Shown here: positions 1-9,131 of the stretch, one piece after another
How positions within the stretch are numbered: the first letter of the stretch is position 1
How the letters are laid out: every line of letters starts with the position of its first letter
Assembly (NCBI GenBank): GCA_963715525.1
Contig: OY970248.1
Location: 1,272,320 to 1,336,319, forward strand
Length of the DNA stretch: 64,000 nucleotides
Direction of reading: 5' to 3'
DNA from: Haloferacaceae archaeon
GTDB taxonomy: Archaea; Halobacteriota; Halobacteria; Halobacteriales; Haloferacaceae
Program-made: the position numbers and the translations under genes
Notes under the pieces: model-generated
The model's input: only the letters and a program-made list of their open reading frames with translations
What the model was told of the DNA's origin: nothing
The model's database searches: none

Positions 1-2
1 GG

Positions 3-305
3 TTGCAACTGCGTGCGGCCCTCGCCGGTATGTCGACGATGACCGAGTACGGCTTCTTCACGGAGTGGGACTACCGGCACCGACAGCGAGCGTTGGACGC
101 CGAGTCGACGGCTGGCGGATCGTCGCGCGGCCTGTCGAGGGGCGACCGAGTCGCGCTCGAGTCGTCGCGGCCAGAGGAGTCGGCTACGAACGCCACGAAC
201 GCCACGAACGCGGACGACGAGTCGGTCACCGGCGACGATTCGACCAGCGAAATCAATTCGTCGTCGACCGCGACTGATTCTTCGTCAGACGCTCCGGAAA
301 ATTGA
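3..305 (+). CDS. 3' fragment of a CDS entering from upstream of the window; acidic S/T/N-rich C-terminal tail (ATN x3 from a 9-bp tandem repeat)
   Basis: Open frame from window start to a stop at 303-305; high GC3. No domain recognised in the visible part. Confidence 0.35.
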   Translation: MQLRAALAGMSTMTEYGFFTEWDYRHRQRALDAESTAGGSSRGLSRGDRVALESSRPEESATNATNATNADDESVTGDDSTSEINSSSTATDSSSDAPEN

Positions 306-341
306 AATCAGGGCACGCTGTAGCGGTCACCGCTATACGGT

Positions 342-1427
342 ATGCCCGAGAATCTGTACGAACTGCTCGGCGTCGACCGCGACGCGACGCAAGCCGAACT
401 GAAGCAAGCCTATCGTGCTCGTGCCCGCGAGTACCACCCAGACGTGAACGACGACTACCGAGCGGGTGCGCAGTTCAAGACCGTCCGCCGCTCCTTCGAC
501 GTGCTCAGTGACGAAGCCGAGCGAAAGGACTACGACCGACTCGGGCACCACACCTACGTCAAAAAGCGAATGAAGGGATTCCCGACCGCGACGCCGAGCG
601 CCGGGTCGGACTCCCGATCGAACTCCGATTCGGGGTCGCGGTCGGCGAGCAAGCGTACCGAGTCCGCCCGTTCGACGACGGGGTCTTCCGGATCGTCCGC
701 CCGTTCGTCGTCGCAGTCGGCGCCCGACGGGACGTCGCAGTCGAAGTGGGCGGGAACCAGTTCGACCTCGAACGCGTCGCGGACGACGCGAACCGCCGGC
801 ACGTCGACCGGGAGGTCGTCGGCTCGAAGTCACGGGTCGACCGGCGGCAGTTCGACAGGCGAGGCGACAGCGGGCGGGACGACCGCGGCGGGCCAGACCC
901 GCCGTGCGTACCGGCGAACGGAGTCGACGGAGACGACCGAACCGACGACGCCGAACGCGAACCCGCGACGCCGTGCGCTCCGGACTCGATGGCTCGCCGT
1001 CTTCGTCGCCGCCGCCGTTTACGTCGCGGGTCTCGCGGTCTATCTCGTCGCCGGTCGATCCGCGCTGGCGACCTATCTCGCCGGATTGACCGCGGACCCG
1101 ACGACGGCCGCTTCGAGCGTCGCGTCGCTCCCGAACCTCGTCGCCTTCGTTCGCGCCGCCGTCGCGACGCCCGGCCCCGCACTCGTCCTGCCGGTCGGGA
1201 CCGCCCTCCTGCCGGTCGTCCTCGGCGTGACCGTCGTGCAGTACGGGCAGGGACGCGTGACGTGGCTCTACGTCCTCGGGACGCTCGGTCCGCTGGCGGC
1301 CATCGCGGCGGCGACGACGTCGGTTCCGACGGCGTTTTCGCTCCTCTTGCTCGTCGTCCTGCCGGTCGTTGGGGCCGGCGGGTTCCTCGCCGACGTCGGT
1401 CGGTACCTCGTCCGGACCCGGAACTGA
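342..1427 (+). CDS. J-domain (DnaJ-like) protein with S/T/G-rich linker and C-terminal multi-helix membrane region
   Basis: N-terminus YELLGVDRDATQAELKQAYRARAREYHPDVN carries the HPD motif. The C-terminal ~140 aa are hydrophobic helices. Confidence 0.8.
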   Translation: MPENLYELLGVDRDATQAELKQAYRARAREYHPDVNDDYRAGAQFKTVRRSFDVLSDEAERKDYDRLGHHTYVKKRMKGFPTATPSAGSDSRSNSDSGSRSASKRTESARSTTGSSGSSARSSSQSAPDGTSQSKWAGTSSTSNASRTTRTAGTSTGRSSARSHGSTGGSSTGEATAGGTTAAGQTRRAYRRTESTETTEPTTPNANPRRRALRTRWLAVFVAAAVYVAGLAVYLVAGRSALATYLAGLTADPTTAASSVASLPNLVAFVRAAVATPGPALVLPVGTALLPVVLGVTVVQYGQGRVTWLYVLGTLGPLAAIAAATTSVPTAFSLLLLVVLPVVGAGGFLADVGRYLVRTRN

Positions 1428-1531
1428 ACCCGGACCGTGCAGAATTGGACATACGAACATCGGAGATGGGGGATCGGTCCCGACCTCGCCGCCGCCGCTT
1501 CGTTTTTGTGGTCCCCCGACAAGTATTCAAC

Positions 1532-2197
1532 ATGACGCTTCCGCCCGAACGAGTCTGGCGACTCCGACTCCGCGGTGTCAACGCGTATCTCGTAGACTGC
1601 GACGTTCTGACGCTCGTCGACGCGGGGACACCCTGGGACGTAGATCGGATCAGAGAGCGGGTCGAACAGGCCGGTTTCGAAATCGACGACGTCGAGCGCG
1701 TACTCCTGACCCACTTCGACGTCGACCACGTCGGCGCGCTCGCCGCGCTCGACCTCGACGCGACCGTCTACGTCGCCGATCCCGACGCTCGATATCTCAC
1801 GGGGACGGCCCAGCCGCCGCTCGGAAATCACAAGGGGGCGATCCAACGTCTCGCCGATGTCTTTCTCACGCGACCGGACCTCGACGTCGAGGTCGTCGCG
1901 GACGGTGACGAGATCGGGCCCTTCGTCGCCTACCGGACGCCCGGACACACGCCGGGTCACACGGCGTACGTCCACGGGGAGTACGGCGTCGCGTTCGTCG
2001 GCGACCTCGTGCGCGAACTCGACGGCGACCTCGTCGAGAGCGGGTGGTTCATGTCGTACGATACCGATGACAACGAGGCGAGCATCCGCCACCTCGCCGA
2101 TCACACTGTCGACGTCGACGTGATCGCCGTTGGCCACGGCGACCCGATCCGCGAGAACGGTGGCGACGCGCTGCGCCGACTGGCCGATTCGCTCTAA
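1532..2197 (+). CDS. MBL-fold metallo-hydrolase
   Basis: HxHxDH-like THFDVDHVG motif and the later TPGHTPGH motif. ATG at 1532 is in frame inside the longer Arg-rich ORF 746..2197, whose upstream part looks non-coding. Confidence 0.8.
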   Translation: MTLPPERVWRLRLRGVNAYLVDCDVLTLVDAGTPWDVDRIRERVEQAGFEIDDVERVLLTHFDVDHVGALAALDLDATVYVADPDARYLTGTAQPPLGNHKGAIQRLADVFLTRPDLDVEVVADGDEIGPFVAYRTPGHTPGHTAYVHGEYGVAFVGDLVRELDGDLVESGWFMSYDTDDNEASIRHLADHTVDVDVIAVGHGDPIRENGGDALRRLADSL

Positions 2198-2295
2198 CGC
2201 CGCGACGACGGCAGTGTCAGCTGTCAGCACTCGACCCGCGACACTTCGTGTCGGCCATCCGATATGGATATGCTCTCAGCGGACGATCTATCAGT

Positions 2296-3117
2296 ATGAC
2301 CTACGCCCTCTCTCGCAGGCTCTTTCTCGCAGCGACCGGATCGTTCGCGGCCGTCGGCCTCGCCGGGTGTCTCGCGGCCGCCGAGGTGACCGATCGTTCG
2401 ACCACGACGACCGATCCGAAGGACGCGACTGAACTCCGCATCTCGAACCAGAACGGGTCGGTCTCGGTCGAAACGTGGTCGAAGTCGGGAGTCGAGGTGT
2501 CGGTCCTGAAGCGGAGTCGCTTCGGTCGCGACGCGTTCGACCGCGTGACCGTCGAGCGTCGGGTCGACGGCGACGTCTTCCGAATCGAGACGGTCTACGA
2601 CGACGGCGGCGCGGGGCAACTGCGCCGCGCCGCGGTCGACCTGACGGTTCGCGTCCCGAAGTCGCTCGCCGTCACCGACGTAGAGACGAAGAACGGTGCC
2701 GTACGGGTCACAGGTACGACCGGCGATGCGCGCCTCGCGTCCGTCAACGGAGACGTGACGGCGACCGACGTGGACGGTTACGTTACACTCTCGACGAGTA
2801 ACGGCACGCTCGAAGCGACGGGTGTAACCGGCGTCGACGGGGCGAGCACGTCGAACGGAAAGATAGACGTCGAACTCCGAGACGTCCGCCGTGACGTGAC
2901 GCTCTCTGTGTCCAACGGGAGCGTCGACGCCGCACTCGCTTCCGACATGGACGTCGACGTCGACGCCAGTACCGGCAACGGAACCGTCGACGTGTCCGGT
3001 TTACACCTCGCCGACGCTCACACCTCGCGGAAGGAGGTCCGCGGCCGTCTCGGCGACGGAGCTAACCGGCTCACGATCCGCGTCTCGAACGGGAGCATCG
3101 ATCTCTCGGCGCTGTGA
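2296..3117 (+). CDS. Tat-secreted lipoprotein with DUF4097-like (putative adhesin) beta-repeat domain
   Basis: Twin-arginine motif SRRLFL followed by lipobox LAGC. Repeated NGSV / NGDVT / SNGTL / SNGKIDV beta-strand units. Confidence 0.7.
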   Translation: MTYALSRRLFLAATGSFAAVGLAGCLAAAEVTDRSTTTTDPKDATELRISNQNGSVSVETWSKSGVEVSVLKRSRFGRDAFDRVTVERRVDGDVFRIETVYDDGGAGQLRRAAVDLTVRVPKSLAVTDVETKNGAVRVTGTTGDARLASVNGDVTATDVDGYVTLSTSNGTLEATGVTGVDGASTSNGKIDVELRDVRRDVTLSVSNGSVDAALASDMDVDVDASTGNGTVDVSGLHLADAHTSRKEVRGRLGDGANRLTIRVSNGSIDLSAL

Positions 3118-3214
3118 CTAGGGACCGTTCGCTCTCGTTCGAAACCGATCGGTCGAGTTCACACCGTCCAACGGTAGCATAGAGCTAAGGCGTCCGATTC
3201 CATCACGATAGATA

Positions 3215-4885
3215 ATGTCTGAGCACAACCTCTCGGAGTACGAATCGGAGTACGAATCGTTCGACTGGGACGACATCTACGGCGAGGCGGACTGGGACGC
3301 CCCGGAGCAGTTGAACATCGCGCACGAGGTGTGTGACCGACACGCCGCGGCGAACGGTGACCGGACGGCGCTCCGGTACGCCGGGACTTCCGGTGAGCGC
3401 GAGAAACTCACGTTCGCGGAGTTGGCGGCGCGCTCGAACCAGTTCGCGAACGTCCTCGATTCGCTCGGACTCGAACGCGGCGACCGCGTCTTCTCGTACA
3501 TGCCGCGAGTCCCCGAGCACTACGTCGCGCTGATCGGGACGCTCAAATCGGGGTGTGTCTGGGGGAGCGTCAACGAGCGATTCGGCCCCGACGGTATCTC
3601 GTATCGCCTCGACGACTGCGACGCTAAGGCGATCGTAACGACTCGGTCGAACCGCGAGACCGTCGGGAAGGCGCTCGAAGACGCGCCGTCGGTCGAGACG
3701 GTGCTCGTCCTCGACGACGGGTCCGAGGAGGGCGGGATCACCGACGGCGACGTCGACCTCCGCTCGGCGCTCGACGACGCGAGCGACGAGTACGACGCCG
3801 TCGAGACGGGCGGCGAAGACGACGCCCTACTCTACTACACGAGCGGGACGACCGGACTCGCCAAGGGCGTCCTCCACAAACAGCGGTGGGTCGCGGGCGT
3901 CGCGGCGACGCAGCGGTTCGCAGTGGACCTCACGCCCGACGACCTCTACTGGAGCACGGCCGATCTCGGCTGGTTGACCGGGCCGATCAACGCCCTCGGC
4001 GCGTGGTTCTGGGGCGTCCCGCAGTTCACCTACGAGGGCGAGTTCGATCCCGAGACGTGGGCGAGTCTGTTGGACGAGTTCCCCGTCTCGGTGCTGTTCA
4101 GCGTTCCCACCGCGTACCGGATGCTCCGGGCGAACGAGTCCGTCTTCGACGGCGTCGACCTCGACCTCAGGCACGCACTCTCGATCGGCGAACCGCTCTC
4201 GGGCGGCGTCGTCGACTGGGGTCGCGACCGCCTCGGCGTAACGATCCACGACACCTACGGGCAGACCGAGACGGGGAACATGGTCATCAACAACTACCCG
4301 ACGATGGCGGTCAAACCGGGGAGTATGGGCAAGCCGCTTCCGGGCGTCACGTCCGAAATCGTCGACCCGGAGACTGGCGAACCACTCGCACCGGGAGAGA
4401 CCGGCGAGATCGCCCACCGCGGCAACTTTCCCTGCTTCTTCGCGGAATATTGGGAGAAACCCGAGAAGACCGCCGACTGTTTCGTGAACGACTGGTATCT
4501 CTCCGGCGACCTCGCACACAAAGACGAGGAGGGGTACTTCTGGTTCGAGGGTCGCGCCGACGACGTGATCCTCTCGTCGGGCTACCGCATCGGCCCGTTC
4601 GAGGTGGAGTCGTCACTCGGTGAGCATCCGGCGGTCGCGGAGGCGGCCGTCGTCCCGAAGCCCCACCCCGAGCGCGGGAACATCGTCAAGGCGTACATCG
4701 TCCTCACGGAGGGCTACGACGCCAGCGACGACCTCGCAGAAGAGATCAAAAACCACGTCCGGAACGAACTGTCCGCCCACGAGTACCCGCGCGAGATCGA
4801 GTTCGTCGACGACCTGCCGAAGACCGTCACCGGGAAGATCCGACGGACGGAGCTCCGTGACCGAACCGACGGCTCGTCGGCGTAG
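3215..4885 (+). CDS. AMP-forming acyl-CoA synthetase / acetyl-CoA synthetase-like ligase
   Basis: AMP-binding signature YYTSGTTGLAKG, then the TYGQTE motif and a C-terminal PKTVTGKIRR region. Confidence 0.85.
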   Translation: MSEHNLSEYESEYESFDWDDIYGEADWDAPEQLNIAHEVCDRHAAANGDRTALRYAGTSGEREKLTFAELAARSNQFANVLDSLGLERGDRVFSYMPRVPEHYVALIGTLKSGCVWGSVNERFGPDGISYRLDDCDAKAIVTTRSNRETVGKALEDAPSVETVLVLDDGSEEGGITDGDVDLRSALDDASDEYDAVETGGEDDALLYYTSGTTGLAKGVLHKQRWVAGVAATQRFAVDLTPDDLYWSTADLGWLTGPINALGAWFWGVPQFTYEGEFDPETWASLLDEFPVSVLFSVPTAYRMLRANESVFDGVDLDLRHALSIGEPLSGGVVDWGRDRLGVTIHDTYGQTETGNMVINNYPTMAVKPGSMGKPLPGVTSEIVDPETGEPLAPGETGEIAHRGNFPCFFAEYWEKPEKTADCFVNDWYLSGDLAHKDEEGYFWFEGRADDVILSSGYRIGPFEVESSLGEHPAVAEAAVVPKPHPERGNIVKAYIVLTEGYDASDDLAEEIKNHVRNELSAHEYPREIEFVDDLPKTVTGKIRRTELRDRTDGSSA

Positions 4886-4893
4886 ATCGGGAG

Positions 4894-4940
4894 CGGATCG
4901 GAAGTCGTCGTCGGAGATCGGAATCGGAAGTCGTCGTCGG
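4894..4940 (+). repeat. two 20-bp direct repeats (gRatcggaagtcgtcgtcgg) 27 bp apart, just 3' of the acyl-CoA synthetase gene
   Basis: ggatcggaagtcgtcgtcgg (4894-4913) and gaatcggaagtcgtcgtcgg (4921-4940). A second pair (gaccgagtttc / gatcgagtttc) follows. Confidence 0.45.
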
Positions 4941-5339
4941 CAGTATTCTTCTCTAGAGACCGAGTTTCTTTCCGGAGATCGAGTTTCGTGGCCGTCGCTC
5001 AGATTGACGAGTGTTCGGGCCCGCCAAGTGGACGGACCCGTGACTGACCAAGCCACTGCGGTTTAGAGCACCAGACCCGCAGTTACCCGGCGCGCCGTAG
5101 CGGAAGCCACGTGCGCCATTGCAGCCTTGGACGTATGCTGTAAAAAGTGCTTTGATCGGGCCAATATCAACCACCCTTGGGCGAAATTTCGAGAAATGTG
5201 GGAATACACACGCGATTATATCCTCCATAACTGGAACCTCGTAAATTGTTCATGGAGGAGAGTGGACAGTTGCACACTCACCCTCGGTGAATCAAGGTCG
5301 GAAACTTCGATAATCGGTAGCAAGAGCCGTGGTGGCATA

Positions 5340-5362
5340 CGTTCGGTGAATCTCACCGAACG
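5340..5362. terminator. perfect 10-bp inverted repeat (cgttcggtga-atc-tcaccgaacg) at the 3' end of the UDG gene
   Basis: Palindrome overlapping the UDG stop codon, at the edge of an AT-rich convergent spacer. Confidence 0.35.
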
Positions 5363-5979
5363 AAGTACGGTTCTTCTCCGGCGATGAATCGGCCGAGGTC
5401 GACTTCGCGCCGGAAGTCCGTCGACTGAAGCGTTTCGAGCGAGGCGATCAGGCGCTCGTCGTCGCCGTCTTCCCACTCGGCGGGGTCGAGGACGGGGACG
5501 ACGAGGAACCCGCTCCCGCGGATCTCCTGTCCATGGAGTCGACGCATGTCGAGGTCGACCTTACGCGCCTGAGCGGTGTACTGCTCTAGGACGTGTTGGG
5601 TCGCCCGAGCGCCGACGGGCAGCAGGACGTGTGCGGCGATCGCGCGGAGTTCCGCGTCGAAGAAGCGTTCCATGTCGCCGTACTGCTCGGGGGAGGGCGT
5701 CCCGTCGGTGACGCACATGTGGAGGTACGAGAAGAACGTGCGCTCGACGGTCGGTTCGTTCCCGACGCTGCGGAGTAAGCCCGCGGCTTCGAGCGCGCGC
5801 TGTAGCCGCAGTCCGGATTCGCCCGTGAACGGGACGCCGGTCTCGGCGCCGCCGTGGACGCCGGGATGGTCGCCGACGACGTGGAAATCGGCGTTCGCGT
5901 CGCCGTATCCTGGGACGAAGCGGTCGCACGGCGGGTGCATGCCGAACGGGTTGCTCGTTCGGTCAGTGACGTTTTTCAC
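5353..5979 (-). CDS. uracil-DNA glycosylase superfamily protein
   Basis: GDHPG....PFTGESGLRLQRAL region resembles the UDG family 4/5 motif block. Confidence 0.7.
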   Translation of the reverse strand: MKNVTDRTSNPFGMHPPCDRFVPGYGDANADFHVVGDHPGVHGGAETGVPFTGESGLRLQRALEAAGLLRSVGNEPTVERTFFSYLHMCVTDGTPSPEQYGDMERFFDAELRAIAAHVLLPVGARATQHVLEQYTAQARKVDLDMRRLHGQEIRGSGFLVVPVLDPAEWEDGDDERLIASLETLQSTDFRREVDLGRFIAGEEPYFVR

Positions 5980-6092
5980 GCCAACAGGTACGTCGCTCGT
6001 CGTTCAAAGGCGACGCGGTTTTGCGAGGCTCGGTAAGCCCGCCGAGACGTCGACATCAAACTTAACGCACGTTCGATTCCAAGTCGACTCAC

Positions 6093-7196
6093 ATGACGCC
6101 TTTCGAGCGACGAACCCGAGCGTGCCAGTCACGGTTGAGCGACGGTGCGGGCGACGCTGTCGTCCTGTTCCCGAGCCACAACCTCTTCTATGCCTCCGGT
6201 TTCGACGAATCCCCTGCCGAGCGACACCTCGTGCTCTTCGTCCCCGACGACGGCGAGCCGGTGTTCCTCGTCCCCGAACTCTACGGCGAGCAAGTTCGCG
6301 AGGAATCGTGGGTCGAGCGCGTCGAGACGTGGGTCGACGACGAGGACCCCGTCGACTACCTCGCGCGGATCGTCGATCGCCTCGGACTCGAAGACGGTCA
6401 CGTCCTCGTCGACGACACGATGTGGGCCACCTTCACGCAGGATTTGCGGACCGTGCTCCCGAACGCCACGTTCGGCCTCGCGAGCGACGTGTTCGGTCCG
6501 CTCCGCCGTCGCAAGGACGACGCCGAACTCGACGCGCTCCGGGAGGCGGGGCGGATCGCCGATCAGGTCGTCGACGAGATTCGGGAACTCGGCGTCGACG
6601 CCGTCGGGACGACCGAGAACGAACTCGCGGCCGAGATCGAGCGGCGACTCGTCGCCGCCGGGGGCGAGGGAACGTCGTTCGAACCGCTGGTCGGTTCGGG
6701 ACCGAACGGTGCGAAACCCCACCACTCCCACGGCGAGCGCACCATCGAGGCCGGTGAGCCGGTCGTCCTCGACTTCGGGACTCGGTTCGACGGCTACGTC
6801 AGCGACCAGACGCGGACGTTCGTCTTCGGGGACGACCCCGACGAGCACGTCCGCGAGGTGCACGATATCGTCCGCGAAGCCCAGCAGGCGGGAGTCGACG
6901 CAGTCCAACCGGGCGCGACGACGGGCGACGTAGACGAAGCGACGCGTGCCGTCATCGAGGACGCGGGGTACGGCGAGGAGTTCATCCACCGGACGGGTCA
7001 CGGCGTCGGCCTCGACGTTCACGAGGAACCGTACATTGTCGCCGGGAGTGACGTCGAACTCGAACCCGGAATGGTGTTCAGCGTCGAACCCGGCATCTAC
7101 CTCCCCGGCGAGTTCGGCGTCCGCATCGAAGACCTCGTCGCCGTCACGGAGGGCGGGTGCGAGCGACTGAACGACAGCGATCACGGCTGGCAGTAG
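6093..7196 (+). CDS. M24 family Xaa-Pro aminopeptidase / dipeptidase
   Basis: HRTGHGVGLDVHEEP and the metal-binding pattern (D...D...H...E...E) typical of M24B peptidases. Confidence 0.85.
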   Translation: MTPFERRTRACQSRLSDGAGDAVVLFPSHNLFYASGFDESPAERHLVLFVPDDGEPVFLVPELYGEQVREESWVERVETWVDDEDPVDYLARIVDRLGLEDGHVLVDDTMWATFTQDLRTVLPNATFGLASDVFGPLRRRKDDAELDALREAGRIADQVVDEIRELGVDAVGTTENELAAEIERRLVAAGGEGTSFEPLVGSGPNGAKPHHSHGERTIEAGEPVVLDFGTRFDGYVSDQTRTFVFGDDPDEHVREVHDIVREAQQAGVDAVQPGATTGDVDEATRAVIEDAGYGEEFIHRTGHGVGLDVHEEPYIVAGSDVELEPGMVFSVEPGIYLPGEFGVRIEDLVAVTEGGCERLNDSDHGWQ

Positions 7197-7358
7197 GTCG
7201 TCGATTCATCGACCGTTTCTCCGTCAAAACAAGCCGTTTCTCCGAGGTCATCGGACACGGTCGCGCTCCGAGCCGAACCGCTCTCGTCGACAATCGGATC
7301 TTATCGTGACCGTTCCCCTGTAACGATTGACGGGGCTTTTCGTGCGAGACGTCGTCCG

Positions 7359-8084
7359 GTGTTCGGGTACAGTATGAACTCGACAACACAGATCCTTCGT
7401 GATTCGATCGTTAGAGTGTCTCGCCGTCGTTTTCTACAGACGACCGCGATGGCGAGCGTGCTGGCCGGTGTCGGAACCGGAGCGGTCTCCGCTTCCCCGG
7501 ACAGAACTCAGTCCCGTGACCGCCTTCTCACGGCGAATCTCGCCGGTCACAACGAAGTTCCGCCGGTGAAGACGAACGGGAACGGATACACCGTCTTCGT
7601 ACCGGAGAACGACGGGACGCTCAGTTACCGCATTCGGGTAAACAAGCTACAGAAGGTGACGCAGGCGCACATCCACCAGGGGCCGAGCGGCAAGAACGGA
7701 CCCGTGGTCGCGTCCCTCTTCAGATTCACGAAGAGTCTCGACGGGAGCGGCGGTGGGACGCCGCAGAACGCCACGAAGAAGCGGCCGCTCGTCGTCCACG
7801 GAACCATCTCGAAACGGGATCTCGTCAACAAAATCCTTGCGCATCCGGGCCAGTACTACGTCAACGTCCACACGGTCACCCATCCCAGCGGGGCGATTCG
7901 AGGTCAGATCACGCGCACGAAGCTGTCGCGGCGCGGGCACGAGCACCCTGGAAGCGGTCACGATCACGGATCAGGGCAGAGCGGTCACGATCACGGATCC
8001 GGGCAGAGCGGTCACGATCACCAGGGCACCGATCACGGTTCCGGTTCCGACTCAGGCTCCGGGTCTGGCTCCGGCGGTTACTGA
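7359..8084 (+). CDS. Tat-secreted CHRD-domain protein with C-terminal His-rich repeat tail
   Basis: SRRRFLQT Tat motif. CHRD-like ...NEVPPV...AHIHQGP... and ...YYVNVHT... segments. Tail is HDHGSGQSGHDHGSGQSGHDH. Alternative start at M6 (7374). Confidence 0.65.
   Translation: MFGYSMNSTTQILRDSIVRVSRRRFLQTTAMASVLAGVGTGAVSASPDRTQSRDRLLTANLAGHNEVPPVKTNGNGYTVFVPENDGTLSYRIRVNKLQKVTQAHIHQGPSGKNGPVVASLFRFTKSLDGSGGGTPQNATKKRPLVVHGTISKRDLVNKILAHPGQYYVNVHTVTHPSGAIRGQITRTKLSRRGHEHPGSGHDHGSGQSGHDHGSGQSGHDHQGTDHGSGSDSGSGSGSGGY
7945..8015 (+). repeat. 27-nt tandem repeat (approx. 2.6 copies) encoding the GSGQSGHDH units in the CHRD protein tail
   Basis: ggtcacgatcacggatcagggcagagc / ggtcacgatcacggatccgggcagagc / ggtcacgatcacc. 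Confidence 0.5.
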
Positions 8085-8133
8085 GTCGAGACAGACGATG
8101 GCGTAGCCCTGGTCGGATCGGCAGTTACGTGCC

Positions 8134-8532
8134 TCACTCTCCGCCGAATTCGTTCCCGTCCGGGTGCGCCAGTTCGACGAGGTTGCCGTCTGGATCGCGA
8201 ACGTAGACCGAAGTCATCGGTCCGTACGCACCGACTCGGTCGATCGGTCCCTCGACGATGTCGGCGTCGAGCGCGGTCAGTTCGAGCATCATCTCGGGCA
8301 GCGGCGTCGACACCAGCAGACAGAGGTCGGCGCTCCCCGCCCTCGGCGACGTCGCGTGGGGTTCGAATTCCGAACCCGTCTCGTGGAGATTGAGTTTCGC
8401 GGTTCCGACGTGGAGTTCGATCCGGCCCGCGTCGGTCACGCGTCGCTCCGCGCCGAGCGACTCGTAAAACGCGCACGTCTCGTCGAGATCACGGACCGTG
8501 AGGACGACGTGATCGAGTCCGGTGAAGCGCAC
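8134..8532 (-). CDS. VOC family (glyoxalase/bleomycin-resistance fold) protein
   Basis: GLDHVVLTVRDLDETCAFY ... DPDGNLVEL is the typical VOC signature. Confidence 0.8.
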   Translation of the reverse strand: MRFTGLDHVVLTVRDLDETCAFYESLGAERRVTDAGRIELHVGTAKLNLHETGSEFEPHATSPRAGSADLCLLVSTPLPEMMLELTALDADIVEGPIDRVGAYGPMTSVYVRDPDGNLVELAHPDGNEFGGE

Positions 8533-8535
8533 GCG

Positions 8536-9015
8536 TTAGTTCAGTATCTGGGTCACTTCGTTGAGCAGGCCTTCGTCGCGGTCGGGGTCCCACGGCTCGG
8601 GGTCGTCGGCGAGACGCAGGCGTCTGACCGCGACGCTCGAAAACAGAACGACGATGAACCCGACGAGCGACGCGACGCCGCGACCGCTCGGAACCGACGG
8701 AATCGAGGGCGACGGAAGCGCGTTCGAAACCGCCTTTCCGACGCTCGTCTCCGGCGACGACCACCAGCGATACAGTTTGTACCCGGCGGCGGCGACTGCG
8801 CCGAGCATCGACCATCGGAGGAACCAGCGCAGTCCCCGCCGAAGCGTCGACGGCGATTCGGCGGCCGGTTCGTCCGCGTCCGTGCCCTCGTGTTCGAGGT
8901 CCGGCACGCGGAACGCCGCGAACGGATCGGAGGGATCGAACGGCTCTGACTCTGTCTCTGCCTCTCGGTTACCGCCGAGTCGGATCGTCACCAGCGAGCG
9001 TTTGGAGTCGCCCAT
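8536..9015 (-). CDS. hypothetical membrane protein (two TM segments)
   Basis: High-GC3 ORF immediately upstream of the VOC gene on the same strand; hydrophobic segments. No recognised domain. Confidence 0.5.
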   Translation of the reverse strand: MGDSKRSLVTIRLGGNREAETESEPFDPSDPFAAFRVPDLEHEGTDADEPAAESPSTLRRGLRWFLRWSMLGAVAAAGYKLYRWWSSPETSVGKAVSNALPSPSIPSVPSGRGVASLVGFIVVLFSSVAVRRLRLADDPEPWDPDRDEGLLNEVTQILN

Positions 9016-9131
9016 ACCTGCCCCTCGTCGTCGGGGGACTTTGATGTGCGGGCCACGGCAGTCAGTTGCGCCGACCCGTCTCGACCGACCCGTGCCCCGG
9101 TTTTATCGACCTCCGCGACGGACGCTCTCGT

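Noticed and set aside
559-1581. Long Arg/Pro/Ser-rich ORFs antisense to or overlapping real genes (e.g. 559..1581-, 333..1460-, 25338..26501-, 26730..27671-, 33577..34212-, 34762..35577-, 39338..39736-)
   Set aside because: Arg-rich low-complexity translations are the typical mirror-frame artefact of high-GC coding sequence. Each overlaps a gene with clear domain signatures on the other strand.
5040-5350. Search for 7S/SRP RNA, RNase P RNA or additional tRNAs in the long non-coding stretches (4.9-5.35 kb, 45.96-46.37 kb)
   Set aside because: No match to the conserved SRP Alu/S-domain motifs, RNase P P4 sequences or the tRNA T-loop consensus could be recognised by eye. Only the tRNA-Arg at 46368-46442 folds convincingly.
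5127-5387. 86-aa Cys-rich ORF (MDVCCKKCF...) as a CDS feature
   Set aside because: Its codon usage is strongly AT-biased relative to all confident genes, and its 3' end overlaps the UDG gene. It is kept only as a finding (possible foreign small gene or ncRNA region), not called as a feature.
7945-8015. CRISPR array candidates (the several tandem/direct repeat clusters at 4.9, 7.9, 22.2, 38.9, 49.8 kb)
   Set aside because: All have at most 3-4 copies, irregular or no spacers, repeat lengths of 11-29 bp without CRISPR-like palindromic cores, and several are coding. No cas genes are present.
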